Origin: Candidatus Jordarchaeales archaeon
GTDB lineage: Archaea; Asgardarchaeota; Jordiarchaeia; Jordiarchaeales; Freyrarchaeaceae
DNA length: 32,000 nt
Assembly (NCBI GenBank): GCA_038858525.1
Contig: JAWCFL010000002.1
Coordinates: 91,350 to 123,349, forward strand
Direction: 5' to 3'
The translations under genes were made by a program, and so were the position numbers. The notes below the pieces were generated by a model. It saw only the letters and a list, made by a program, of their open reading frames with translations. It had not been told where the DNA came from and searched no databases. Shown here in pieces: positions 1 through 9,474 of this stretch (within the stretch, counting starts at the first letter, position 1; the number at the start of each line of letters is the position of its first letter).

Positions 1-60
1 TAAATAATGAAATAGGAGGTTGCTACGTTAGAAGGCTGCCTTTGAATTTTATAGGTGCTT

Positions 61-1404
61 TTATGCTGTTCCTTCCCTCCATCCTTTAAGGTAGGCTAGT
101 TGCTCTTCCGTGAGTTTCTCCAGCTCTATCCCTAAGGCTTTGCACTTCAGCTCGGCTACTGTCATGTCTATTTCTTTAGGTATGTCAAGCACTATGTTTC
201 CCATCTTCTTAAGTTCGTCTCTATGCTTGACAATCCATTCAACCGCTAATGCCTGATCGCTGAAACTCATGTCCATCACTGAGCTTGGGTGCCCTTCAGC
301 AGCGACGAGATTTACCAGACGACCCTTGCCTAGCAGATATATTTTTCTTCCGTCTTTCAGCCTGTACTCGTCGACGTTAGGCCTTATTTCCTCCTTGCTC
401 ACAGCCAAGCTCTCTAGGTCTTTCAGGTTTATCTCGACGTCGAAATGCCCCGCATTAGCTAGAATGACGCCATCCTTCATCTTTTCCATGTGCTCCTTCC
501 TGATAACGTCTTTGCATCCGGTTGCTGTGATGAATATGTCCCCCACCTCGGCAGCCTTGGACATGGGCATTACATCTATGCCTTCAAGTGCTGCTGTAAG
601 TGCTCTGTGGGGGTTAATCTCGACTGCTATCACTCTTCTAGCGCCGAGCCCCTTAGCCCGCAGGGCTATTCCACGGCCGCAGTGCCCGTAGCCGGCGACC
701 ACGACAACCTTTCCCGCTATTAGTTCTGACGTCGCCCTCATTATGCCATCTATGGTCGACTGGCCTGTCCCCCATATGTTGTCGAACTCCCATTTAGTTG
801 GAGTGTCGTTGGTGGCTAGTATGGGGTATGGCAATGTTCCCTCTTCAGCCATAGCCCTAAGCCTTATAACGCCAGTGGTTGTCTCCTCAGCGCCCCCCCA
901 AACGCTGCTCCACCAATCGCCTTTTTTCTCTAAAACTTTCTTGACTATTTCTACTTCTGCACCGCCTTCACCATGCTTAAGTTTGGCTATCGTCGAAACT
1001 AAGTCGGCGCCATCATCCAGCGTGACGTTTGGATGAGCCTTTATCACGTTTCCTATAGCTCTATAGTATCCCTCGGCATCCATTCCGTGCCAAGCGAACA
1101 CGTGGATCCCGGCTTTAACTAGGGCGGCTGCTACGTGATCCTGGGTTGAGAGGGGGTTAGAGGCGCATAGGTAAACAGTTGCTCCTCCAGCTTGCAGTGC
1201 TTTAACGAGGACGGCTGTTTCCTTCGTAACGTGGAGGCATGCCCCTACAGTGACTCCTCTTAGCGGTTTTTCCAGGGAAAATCGTTCCTTGATCATCCTT
1301 AACACGGGCATGTGATCTTCAGCCCATCTGATCGCCTTCTCGCCCTGAGCAGCCAAGCTTAAGTCCTTTATCTCGTATCTATCTCCAACCTGTGTTTGAA
1401 CCAA
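61..1404 (-). CDS. ahcY: Adenosylhomocysteinase (SAH hydrolase)
   Basis: Motifs CLHVTKET, SNPLSTQD, DDGADL, EETTTG, FDNIWGTGQS, GYGHCGRG, NLVAAEGHPS. TTG start with GAGGTG SD. Confidence 0.97.
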   Translation of the reverse strand: MVQTQVGDRYEIKDLSLAAQGEKAIRWAEDHMPVLRMIKERFSLEKPLRGVTVGACLHVTKETAVLVKALQAGGATVYLCASNPLSTQDHVAAALVKAGIHVFAWHGMDAEGYYRAIGNVIKAHPNVTLDDGADLVSTIAKLKHGEGGAEVEIVKKVLEKKGDWWSSVWGGAEETTTGVIRLRAMAEEGTLPYPILATNDTPTKWEFDNIWGTGQSTIDGIMRATSELIAGKVVVVAGYGHCGRGIALRAKGLGARRVIAVEINPHRALTAALEGIDVMPMSKAAEVGDIFITATGCKDVIRKEHMEKMKDGVILANAGHFDVEINLKDLESLAVSKEEIRPNVDEYRLKDGRKIYLLGKGRLVNLVAAEGHPSSVMDMSFSDQALAVEWIVKHRDELKKMGNIVLDIPKEIDMTVAELKCKALGIELEKLTEEQLAYLKGWREGTA

Positions 1405-1484
1405 TTAGACCACCTCTTCCCCTAAACCTTCAAGAAACGGATTTTAAACCTTTACTTCTCCATTCGTTATTTCTATCATCTATC

Positions 1485-3167
1485 TTAGGCAACCATTCCC
1501 TCCTCTAACGCTTTCATTTCAGCCTTAACCTCGTCTTCCAATATCTTTCTGAAGAGAGGTTTTGGCTCATTGATCACGTGCCCGGCATTTATGCTGAAGC
1601 GTTTGGCGGAATCCCATGACGCGGATGTGTTCATCATCTCGAACAGCCGTTCCATGGATGAGGGAATAATGGGATAGAGACATGTTGCCGCTGAGTAAAG
1701 GAAATTTATGCAGATATAGAGTGGGGTGGCAGCCTCACCTTCTCTCGTCTTTCCACCTTTCTTTACGGCTTCCCATGGAGCCTTCGCAGTGAAGTAACTG
1801 TTCGCTTTTTTAAATGCTTCAATAATACGCCTGATGACCTGTGAGAAGTCACACTTCTCGTACTCCTTCTCCACCTCTTCAACCATTTTCATGAAGCTGG
1901 ACGCGAAATCGTTATCCTGCTCTTCCATGTCACCGGGTGCTGGCACCCTCCTATTAAACCACTTAGAAATGAACGTCAGGACGCGATGGGCGAAGTTCCC
2001 TATGTTGTCCACTAGATCCCCGTTTACCTTGCTCATAAATTCAAGCCAGCTGAAATCGTTGTCGCTAACACTGTTGGAAGCCTTGGAAGCCAAGTAGAAG
2101 CGAATGTAATCGGCAGGAAACTTCTCAAGGACGCGCTTAAGAGGAACAAGCCACTTTCTGCTCTTACTCATTTTCCGCCCTTCAAGAGTAAGATATCCGT
2201 TTACAACGTACTTGCCCGGAAGAGTGTATCCTCCGACGCCCATCAGCATGGCCGGCCAGAAGAGGAGATGGTGATATACTATGTCTTTTCCTATGAAGTG
2301 AGTTATCAGGCAGTCCCCCATCCAGTAGTCTCTCCAATCTCGCCCCGTCCTCTTGCTCCAGTTAACCGTCGACGCAATATATCCTATCGGGGCGTCAAAC
2401 CAAACGTACACATACTGGTTGTCCTTAGCGTCTTTATATGGCAATTTAAATCCCCAATAGTCTTCTCTCGTTATATCCCAATCCTGCAGTCCTGATTTAA
2501 TCCATTGGACAACATAGTTGACAACATCCCTCGAGAAGTCCTCATTACTCTTAGACTTTAACCATTCCAGCAATATGTCGGAGAAGGCGCTCAACCTGAA
2601 TATGAAATGCTCCTCACTTCTGGTTGATGGAGGAGTCTTACAGAGAATGCAGTATGGTTCAAGTATCATTCCCGGCTCTATTGTTCTTCCACAAACCTCA
2701 CAAGAGTCGCTGTATTGGTCCTCTGCCCCACAGTAGGGGCATTTCCCCTTAATCATCCTGTCAGGCAAGTATATCTTGTCGTTTTCGCAGTAGAAGAGAG
2801 TAACTTTCTTCTTGTATATGTAGCCATTCTCTCTGAGCTTTATCAAAAACTCCTCAGTCAACTCCCTATTTTCCTCACTATGTGTCCTATAGTAATTGTC
2901 AAAGCTTATCCCGAGACGTGCTAAGTCTTCCATCTGACGTCTCCGAAAGTATTCGACGTGCTCCAGAGGAGTACGGCCAGCTTCTCTAGCCGCGACGGAG
3001 ACGGGGGTCCCATGCTCATCGCTACCGCAAACGAAAACCACATCCCACCCTTTAAGCCTACAGTAACGGGAGAATATGTCTGCAGGAATATACGTGCTGA
3101 AGGCGTGCCCAAGGTGGAGATCCGAGTTAGCATAAGGCAGCGCCGCCGTAACCAGTACTCTGCGCAA
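1485..3167 (-). CDS. metG: Methionyl-tRNA synthetase, short form without C-terminal tRNA-binding domain
   Basis: ALPYAN..HLGH (HIGH), GSDEHG, Zn knuckles CPYC/CEVC, YVWFDA, GKDI, KMSKS. Start moved from 3185 to TTG at 3167 downstream of GGAGG. Confidence 0.96.
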   Translation of the reverse strand: MRRVLVTAALPYANSDLHLGHAFSTYIPADIFSRYCRLKGWDVVFVCGSDEHGTPVSVAAREAGRTPLEHVEYFRRRQMEDLARLGISFDNYYRTHSEENRELTEEFLIKLRENGYIYKKKVTLFYCENDKIYLPDRMIKGKCPYCGAEDQYSDSCEVCGRTIEPGMILEPYCILCKTPPSTRSEEHFIFRLSAFSDILLEWLKSKSNEDFSRDVVNYVVQWIKSGLQDWDITREDYWGFKLPYKDAKDNQYVYVWFDAPIGYIASTVNWSKRTGRDWRDYWMGDCLITHFIGKDIVYHHLLFWPAMLMGVGGYTLPGKYVVNGYLTLEGRKMSKSRKWLVPLKRVLEKFPADYIRFYLASKASNSVSDNDFSWLEFMSKVNGDLVDNIGNFAHRVLTFISKWFNRRVPAPGDMEEQDNDFASSFMKMVEEVEKEYEKCDFSQVIRRIIEAFKKANSYFTAKAPWEAVKKGGKTREGEAATPLYICINFLYSAATCLYPIIPSSMERLFEMMNTSASWDSAKRFSINAGHVINEPKPLFRKILEDEVKAEMKALEEGMVA

Positions 3168-3295
3168 AACGATCCCTCCAAGCAACCAACATTAAACCCG
3201 GTAATTAAACATTACCGAAGAAAAGATAAATGATTATTTTTTACCGTGCAATTGGAAAAACAAAGCTTTGAGAGTAGTGAAGTAATCGCCCCATT

Positions 3296-3307
3296 AACCT
3301 TTTAAAT
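3296..3307 (+). promoter_or_regulatory. Putative TATA for rps19
   Basis: CCTTTTAAAT about 36-45 bp upstream of the ATG. Confidence 0.4.
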
Positions 3308-3342
3308 CCACTATCCGAAATATTATTCGAAGGGGATGAAAG

Positions 3343-3747
3343 ATGCCTAAGGAGTTCACTTACAGAGGCTACACGCTGGATGAACTTCAAAAAATGCCGA
3401 TGGATGACTTCATAAAAATACTACCCTCGAGACAAAGAAGAAGCTTGATCAGAGGGTTACCACCACGCCATAAGAAGCTACTAGAAAAAATTAGGAGAGC
3501 TAGGAGAGCTCTTAAAAAGGGGAAGAAAGTCGTCGTGAGAACGCATAACAGGGACATCGTAATACTACCGGAAATGGTAGGTTTAACCATCGCAGTGTAT
3601 AACGGAAAAGAGTTCATACCAGTGGAGATAAGGCCGGAAATGATCGGGCACTACTTGGGCGAGTTCGCACTCACGTGCAAGAAGGTCTCGCACGGCGCTC
3701 CAGGCGTAGGAGCAACCCGCTCGTCAATGTATGTCCCCCTCAAGTAG
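3343..3747 (+). CDS. rps19: 30S ribosomal protein uS19 (S19P)
   Basis: [45 protein letters not shown]. Confidence 0.98.
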   Translation: MPKEFTYRGYTLDELQKMPMDDFIKILPSRQRRSLIRGLPPRHKKLLEKIRRARRALKKGKKVVVRTHNRDIVILPEMVGLTIAVYNGKEFIPVEIRPEMIGHYLGEFALTCKKVSHGAPGVGATRSSMYVPLK

Positions 3748-3794
3748 AGGGGAGCGTAGAAAGCTCGATGCTTCTACATCCAACTTGTTCTTTC

Positions 3795-4949
3795 CTATAT
3801 TTTTGTCAGTGATTCTGTGCTTCGTATTTTTCCCACCAATTTTGAAACTCCGGGGTCAACTCCTCTCAGAAGAGCTAGGTAGAAAGCCTGCCACTCTAGG
3901 GGTATAGCGTACAGTGGAGGGGAAAGAAGGTTTTCTACGTTACCTGGTGGAATTGATGCTTCTTCATCTATTTCTTGTGGTGAGACTTCGAGGAGCTTTT
4001 CTTTTCCCGCTTGTCTTTCCCAGAGGCGTTTGACGAGCTGAAATGTTTCTAGGGGTTTCGTCTGGTTGGGGGGTTTAAGCACTATGAGGGGCTTCTTTTC
4101 CTTGTTTTCTTCTTCAAGCGTTTCTACCAGTGAATGAATGAATTCCTCCATTTTTGCGTCGCACGCATCCGCCTTGACTCCTTCCATAAGCATTATTAGG
4201 GCGTGTTTTCTTGCTATGGGATATCTCGGCCCGTCACCCATAACGTAGAACATCTTGTCCACGTAATTGAGCCCCCACTCCGCGGCCGACTTCCCCCACT
4301 CGATAACCTTACCGGATTTGCTCAGCTTGTCAGTTAGATCAGGTATTATTTCGGCTTGAAGCTTTAAAGCGTGATCGATCTCATCGTCACTTTGAGAGAA
4401 GGCAAGTAGTTCCAGCAGTAGGAGGTTTAGTAAAGCTAGAGTTGCGTGAAACGTACCAGTTGAGGGAAGAGGTTTTTCAGGGTAAGGCCTAGTTCGAGTT
4501 CTGATAACGTAGCCACCCTCCTCCTCGAGGACGAGTAGGGATCGACCCTCCGGCTTTTCCCATCTGTTAGTTATGGCTACGCATGTGCTACCTCTTGAGA
4601 GGCATAGCTCCATGGCGTCCAGCGTGTCCTTGGTCGTCCCGGACTGAGAGAGTAGTATGACGAGCGTGTTTTTTCCAACCCATCTTGGAAGGTTATCCGC
4701 CAGCGTCCTAGAATGCATTGTTTTTATCGGAATATCCGAGAAGTATTCCCAGAGATACTCTGAGATCATCGGTATTAAGTATTTGTCCCCTGCGCCAGTC
4801 ATCAGAATGTTTTTGAACTTGACGCTTTCAGCCACTTCCAATATGGTTTTATGACTTTCCTTTATAGAAATCTTCACGCTTTCTCCCTGAAGCAGAATAG
4901 CTTCTTTCATGCCCGTTGAGTCAAGCGCTTCAAGCTCACTCCAATTCAT
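3795..4949 (-). CDS. Stand-alone double SIS-domain phosphosugar isomerase/deaminase (GlmS isomerase domain / GlmD / FrlB-like)
   Basis: VILLSQSGTTKDTLDA, VAITN, second SIS region GDGPRYPIA. No glutaminase domain. Start moved to ATG 4949 after GGAGGG. Confidence 0.75.
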   Translation of the reverse strand: MNWSELEALDSTGMKEAILLQGESVKISIKESHKTILEVAESVKFKNILMTGAGDKYLIPMISEYLWEYFSDIPIKTMHSRTLADNLPRWVGKNTLVILLSQSGTTKDTLDAMELCLSRGSTCVAITNRWEKPEGRSLLVLEEEGGYVIRTRTRPYPEKPLPSTGTFHATLALLNLLLLELLAFSQSDDEIDHALKLQAEIIPDLTDKLSKSGKVIEWGKSAAEWGLNYVDKMFYVMGDGPRYPIARKHALIMLMEGVKADACDAKMEEFIHSLVETLEEENKEKKPLIVLKPPNQTKPLETFQLVKRLWERQAGKEKLLEVSPQEIDEEASIPPGNVENLLSPPLYAIPLEWQAFYLALLRGVDPGVSKLVGKIRSTESLTKI

Positions 4950-5071
4950 GGTTCTCCCTCCAAAATCAGAAATCACTGGCAACTTAAAAATAATAATCTT
5001 TATATTAATGAATTTATATTCGAGTGATTTATTATCCCTTTTATGAAAAATGTTTTTCACGGTGATTCAAC

Positions 5072-6238
5072 TTGAAGGCTGTAGTCTTAGCGGCGGGGAA
5101 GGGGACGCGTATGCGCCCCCTCACGTTCACTCGGCCAAAGCACATGCTCCCCGTCGCCGGGAAACCGATCTTGGAGCACATAATAGGTTTCCTGCGTAAT
5201 GCAGGAATAAATGAGGTAGTAATGGTGGTTGGTCCTGAAAGCGAGTACATAACGGATTACTTCGGTGACGGATCCCGTTTTGATGTAAAAATAGAATACG
5301 CTGAGCAAAAGAAGCCTTTAGGTCTTGCTCATGCGGTCTCTATGGCACGTTACTTATTGGAGGGGGAGGAGCGCTTCATTACGGTTTTGGGGGACGTGCT
5401 ATTCAAGCTTAACCTAAAAGACATGTTGACATTTCACACTAAAAGGGAGGCAAAGGCTACCATAGCTGTTTCTGAGGCAGCCGACCCTACGCCCTTTGGC
5501 GTAGTCAAGGTTGTGGACGGCTTCAGAGTGGAGAGACTGGTTGAAAAGCCAAAGGTTCCGCCTTCAAACCTCATAATCGCCGGGCTCTACATTTTTGAGA
5601 ACGAGTTTTGGGACTGTTTAAAGGACCTTAAACCGTCTTGGAGAGGAGAATATGAAATTACGGATGCCATCCAGCTGATGGTGGATAGAGGTTATCCAGT
5701 GTACGGGTATCTCACCAAGAAGTGGTGGAAAGACACTGGAAGACCCACTGACCTCTTGGAAGCCAGCCAAAAGTTCCTGTCAGAGCTTTCGGAGTTTTAC
5801 GTTTTAGGAGAGGTCCAGAGAGAAGTTGAGATACGTGGCCCGGTTCAGATAGGGCGCGACACTGTGATCTACGAGGGTGCAAAGGTCTTTGGCCCCACGG
5901 TTATAGGGGAAAGATGTGAAGTCGGGCCAGGATGCCTCATAGGGCCTAATGTCGAGATAGGAAACGATGTTAGGCTGGTGGAAAACGTTGAGCTACGGAA
6001 CGCTATAGTAATGTCGCATACTCTCATATCGAATAACGTTCAAATAACGGACAGCGTTATAGGGGAGAACTGCAAGATAGGGTCTGGCGTGAGGGCATGT
6101 GGTAACAGCAATGTTTTCGGCGTCGTAATAGGAGATAACTCGGTTATAGGTCCCGGGATCTCGTTTTCACCGGGAAGCATGCTTGGTCCCAACTCCTCGA
6201 TAAAGTTAAAGTGGGAGGAAACTGATAATGAAGGGTAA
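5072..6238 (+). CDS. Sugar-1-phosphate nucleotidylyltransferase (glucose-1-P thymidylyltransferase / GlmU-like) with C-terminal hexapeptide repeats
   Basis: LAAGKGTRMRPLT..RPK, EKP, RGEYEITDA, WKDTG, followed by left-handed beta-helix repeats. Confidence 0.9.
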   Translation: MKAVVLAAGKGTRMRPLTFTRPKHMLPVAGKPILEHIIGFLRNAGINEVVMVVGPESEYITDYFGDGSRFDVKIEYAEQKKPLGLAHAVSMARYLLEGEERFITVLGDVLFKLNLKDMLTFHTKREAKATIAVSEAADPTPFGVVKVVDGFRVERLVEKPKVPPSNLIIAGLYIFENEFWDCLKDLKPSWRGEYEITDAIQLMVDRGYPVYGYLTKKWWKDTGRPTDLLEASQKFLSELSEFYVLGEVQREVEIRGPVQIGRDTVIYEGAKVFGPTVIGERCEVGPGCLIGPNVEIGNDVRLVENVELRNAIVMSHTLISNNVQITDSVIGENCKIGSGVRACGNSNVFGVVIGDNSVIGPGISFSPGSMLGPNSSIKLKWEETDNEG

Positions 6239-7229
6239 AGTTGTCCTTGTGACTGGAGGAGCCGGCTTCATAGGGTCTCACCTGGTTGATTGGCTGATCA
6301 GAGACAATGATGTCGTGGTGCTCGACAACTTCTCAAGCGGCAAAATGAGCAACATTCAGCATCATCTGGGAAGTGATGGCTTTACGTTGATCAGGGGTGA
6401 CATACTGGATAGGGAAGTTGTGAGGGAGGCTTTAAGGGATGTGGACGTCGTCATACACCAGGCGGCTGTTGTTGGCGTTAAAAAATACGTCGAAAATCCC
6501 TTGAATGTGTTGACAACAAACGTTTTCGGCACTCATAACTTAATAGAGGAAAGCCTTAGGAGGGGAGTGGAAAGATTTGTTTTCGCTTCGACGAGTGAGG
6601 TCTATGGTAAGAGCGAAAAAATCCCTCTGAAGGAGAGCGGGGACAGGGTTCTTGGAGCGACGAACATAGCTAGGTGGTGTTACTCGACGTCCAAAGCGGT
6701 TGACGAGCACTTTCTCTTCGCCTACAACGAATCTTACAGTTTTCCTATGGTTATATTACGCTACTTTAACGTGTATGGGCCGAGGCAGGAGACCAGCGAT
6801 TACAGCGGGGTGATCCCGATCTTCATAAGAAGAATTTTGAGAGGAGAGCCGCCCCTGATACATGGAGACGGAGAGCAAACTAGGGCTTTCACCTACATTT
6901 CAGATGCTGTAGAGGCAACTGTGATAGCTGCCAGCAAGAGAGAAGCGGTAGGGCAAGCCTTCAACATAGGGAGCAGAGAGGAGGTTACGATAAATCAGCT
7001 TGCCAGAATGATCATAGAGCTCTCAGGCAATAACTCGATCGAGCCTAAACATATATCCTACGAGGAGTTTTACGGTGAGAGTTACGAAGACATAAGGAGA
7101 AGGGTTCCGGACGTAGAAAAAGCTGAAAGGCTACTTGGATTTAAAGCGAAAACATCATTAAGGGACGGACTCAAAAAGACAATAGAATGGTATAGAAAAC
7201 ATTTAAACCGAAATGAACTCATGACTTGA
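6228..7229 (+). CDS. NAD-dependent epimerase/dehydratase (extended SDR, UDP-glucuronate decarboxylase-like)
   Basis: TGGAGFIGSHL, ASTSEVYG, YSTSK (YxxxK), RYFNVYGPRQ. Overlaps the upstream gene by 11 bp. Confidence 0.9.
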   Translation: MKGKVVLVTGGAGFIGSHLVDWLIRDNDVVVLDNFSSGKMSNIQHHLGSDGFTLIRGDILDREVVREALRDVDVVIHQAAVVGVKKYVENPLNVLTTNVFGTHNLIEESLRRGVERFVFASTSEVYGKSEKIPLKESGDRVLGATNIARWCYSTSKAVDEHFLFAYNESYSFPMVILRYFNVYGPRQETSDYSGVIPIFIRRILRGEPPLIHGDGEQTRAFTYISDAVEATVIAASKREAVGQAFNIGSREEVTINQLARMIIELSGNNSIEPKHISYEEFYGESYEDIRRRVPDVEKAERLLGFKAKTSLRDGLKKTIEWYRKHLNRNELMT

Positions 7230-7231
7230 AT

Positions 7232-7447
7232 TTATAACTTGCTGACTTCCTTCAGCATTTTCAGAATTTCCTCGGCTTCCTCCGGCTTAAGCTTTTCAAT
7301 AGCGTATCCAGTATGGATCATCACGTAGTCTCCTATCTTAACGTCGTCTAGCAGTGTGATGAATGCTTCTCTTGTTACTCCTCCAAAGTCAACTAATGCT
7401 TTCTCGCCATGGATCTCTAGAACCTTTGCCGGAACACCGAGACACAT
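7232..7447 (-). CDS. hypC: [NiFe]-hydrogenase maturation chaperone HypC/HupF
   Basis: MCLGVP N-terminus, GDYVMIHTGYAI. Start moved to ATG 7447 so that Cys is residue 2. Confidence 0.95.
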   Translation of the reverse strand: MCLGVPAKVLEIHGEKALVDFGGVTREAFITLLDDVKIGDYVMIHTGYAIEKLKPEEAEEILKMLKEVSKL

Positions 7448-7569
7448 GCGCACCACGCTCTCTTTCTTAACCTTTCACTATTAACTGAAACTTGAAGCCA
7501 TTTAAGGTTTCCCAAAAGCCTTAGATAGGTGTTGAGGGGAAGGCTCACCGTGCAATTTCCCCCTTACAT

Positions 7570-8118
7570 TTATTTTCTAATACTATTTTCTAATACTATT
7601 TCCAAGTAAGACCTGAGCTCGAAGCCGTCCGCCGGGATGCCCAGTTTCTCGGCCTTACTCAGCAACTCGTCACGCTTCTTCTCCACATCATTTTCATCCT
7701 CAACTATTGATTCAATTTCAACAAAAAACCCGATGCCGTTAATGTAGTCCAGATGAAGGAGGTTTTCACCCAGCTGGTAGGTTTTCCTCCTTTTGATGAT
7801 CCTTGCAACTTGGAGGAAACCTAATTTCTCGAGAAGAAGCAAGATATCAGCGAAGCTTCCAACTTCAACCCTAATTTCTTCTCTAGTCTTTGATTTTGAA
7901 TCAATTCTTGGCCCCTTATAGGTGACCTCCACCCGGTCTCCGACACACCTAACCCTCAGTGCTTCATCGGTCACCACAAAGTTTCTTGAGGGGTGCTGAA
8001 AGTAGACGTCTTCTTGAACCTCCTCGCCTAGAAGCAGCCCACCTATGGATAAAACCCGCGAAACTACACGGTCTGCATCCTCCTTTGAAACTTTATACTT
8101 AACCTCAACTTCTATCAA
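7570..8118 (-). CDS. cyaB: CYTH-domain protein (class IV adenylate cyclase CyaB-like / triphosphatase)
   Basis: EVEVK (ExExK), QEDVYF, EALRVR, TYKGP, REEI, K.RKTY, FVEIE. TTG 8118 after GGAGGTG. Confidence 0.88.
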   Translation of the reverse strand: MIEVEVKYKVSKEDADRVVSRVLSIGGLLLGEEVQEDVYFQHPSRNFVVTDEALRVRCVGDRVEVTYKGPRIDSKSKTREEIRVEVGSFADILLLLEKLGFLQVARIIKRRKTYQLGENLLHLDYINGIGFFVEIESIVEDENDVEKKRDELLSKAEKLGIPADGFELRSYLEIVLENSIRK

Positions 8119-8148
8119 AAACACACCTCCCTTCAAAAAAGAAAAGTA

Positions 8149-8391
8149 TTAAGCTTCTTGGACGCTTACCTTAATCGCTTTGTTAGGACACGCCTCGACG
8201 CACCTGTAACATAGTATGCAGAACCTCTTAAAGGATGGAACTATTACGTAGCTCTCTGGTTCCTTATTGGGCTCTCTGTCCGTCGCATACCTAACAAAAA
8301 CAGTGCATGGGCAAACTTCCAAACATTTTCCGCAATCTTGGGGTCTAGAACATTTGTCTCCAACCCATTCTACTGAAACCTTTACCGGCAA
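8149..8391 (-). CDS. 4Fe-4S dicluster ferredoxin
   Basis: C..PQDCGKCLEVCP and CILCYRCVEACP. TTG start with GGAGG SD. Confidence 0.88.
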   Translation of the reverse strand: MPVKVSVEWVGDKCSRPQDCGKCLEVCPCTVFVRYATDREPNKEPESYVIVPSFKRFCILCYRCVEACPNKAIKVSVQEA

Positions 8392-9231
8392 TCACCATTC
8401 CTCCTTTAATGCAGGTATGTTCTCCCTTGGAACAAGCGTGATGGCTCCTTCTGGGCATGCCGCTCTGCAAACCCCACACCCAAAACATTTCCAAGGGTCA
8501 ATGTATGCTTTCTCCATCGTTGGGCGGAGCGTGGCAGCACCAAACTGGCAACGAATCACGCAGCTTCCACATCCTATGCATTTATCTATGTCTAAGAATG
8601 CGACGTAGTGCCCCTTCAAAAGGTGATGGACGTTAAAATCGATTCTTGGCCTAAGGGCGATGCACTCGGGGTATTCGCAGTTACAGAGAGCGAAGGCGAA
8701 AGGAAGCGGGGTTCCAGCAATCGTATGAACGAGCCCTTTCTCGTCACATTCATCCAGGAAAGCTTTCGCTTCCTCCACGCTGAGAATTTCAACTCCATTA
8801 GGAGCGTGGTCAGGGAACACCCTTGCTGTTTCTCCATGTAACCCCAATGGCATACACGTGTAAACTTTCTCGTTTCGATTCATCCATCGGCAGGGACACA
8901 TCACTCTGTAAATTTCCCCAGAAATCTCGACGACCTTTTTAGCTTCTTCAACCGTAATAACTTGTCCAAGATGCCCTTCAGGAAAAACGCGTGTGCCTTC
9001 ATCTTTCTGTATCATTGCCTCGATCATTTTCTTCGTTGGTTCCAGCAGGTTTGGATCATCGAAGACATCAGACAGCGTCTTAGCGGCGTCACCATAAACT
9101 TTATCGATCAACTTCCAATGGTCCAGCTCCCACACTTCGTATCCCAATTCCTTCGCTAACTTCACGGAAAGGTTTCTCTCATTTAGATACCACTTCTTCC
9201 CTCCACCATGCTTGTAGCAAAACTTGCACAA
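8392..9231 (-). CDS. 4Fe-4S binding protein with N-terminal C-x2-C-x2-HG-x-GKKWYLN motif
   Basis: C-terminal CIGCGSCVIRC and CFGCGVCRAACP. Additional Cys motifs CPCR and CNCEYPEC. Start moved to TTG 9231 after GGTGGG. Confidence 0.8.
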   Translation of the reverse strand: MCKFCYKHGGGKKWYLNERNLSVKLAKELGYEVWELDHWKLIDKVYGDAAKTLSDVFDDPNLLEPTKKMIEAMIQKDEGTRVFPEGHLGQVITVEEAKKVVEISGEIYRVMCPCRWMNRNEKVYTCMPLGLHGETARVFPDHAPNGVEILSVEEAKAFLDECDEKGLVHTIAGTPLPFAFALCNCEYPECIALRPRIDFNVHHLLKGHYVAFLDIDKCIGCGSCVIRCQFGAATLRPTMEKAYIDPWKCFGCGVCRAACPEGAITLVPRENIPALKEEW

Positions 9232-9420
9232 TGTCCCACCTTCGCTAAAACCAGCTGTATTATTAGTTTTATTTTTATCTAATGAGAAGAGAGAAGACAC
9301 CTGAATAAAAGCATTGTTTCGTCTTCCTGCACAAGGCATTTTGTGGAAAAAGTATTACACGTACACTTTGGTATAAACACTGACCTATTTTTTGGGAATC
9401 AATGCAGGTGTTTCATCGTT

Positions 9421-9438
9421 GAGAGAACACTTATATAT
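9421..9438 (+). promoter_or_regulatory. Putative BRE/TATA for the HAD-mtnA unit
   Basis: GAGAGAACACTTATATAT in the divergent intergenic region. Confidence 0.45.
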
Positions 9439-9474
9439 TCCTTGAAGTAAATTTAAGACTCGCCTTTTGGTAAT

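Noticed and set aside
1485-3167. MetG truncation as a pseudogene
   Set aside because: All catalytic and anticodon-binding parts are present, and short-form MetRS is a known variant.
8389-8394. In-frame TGA between the two Fe-S ORFs as a selenocysteine codon
   Set aside because: The TGA is not in a Cys-type motif, the downstream ORF has its own GGAGG SD and TTG, and no SECIS was recognised.
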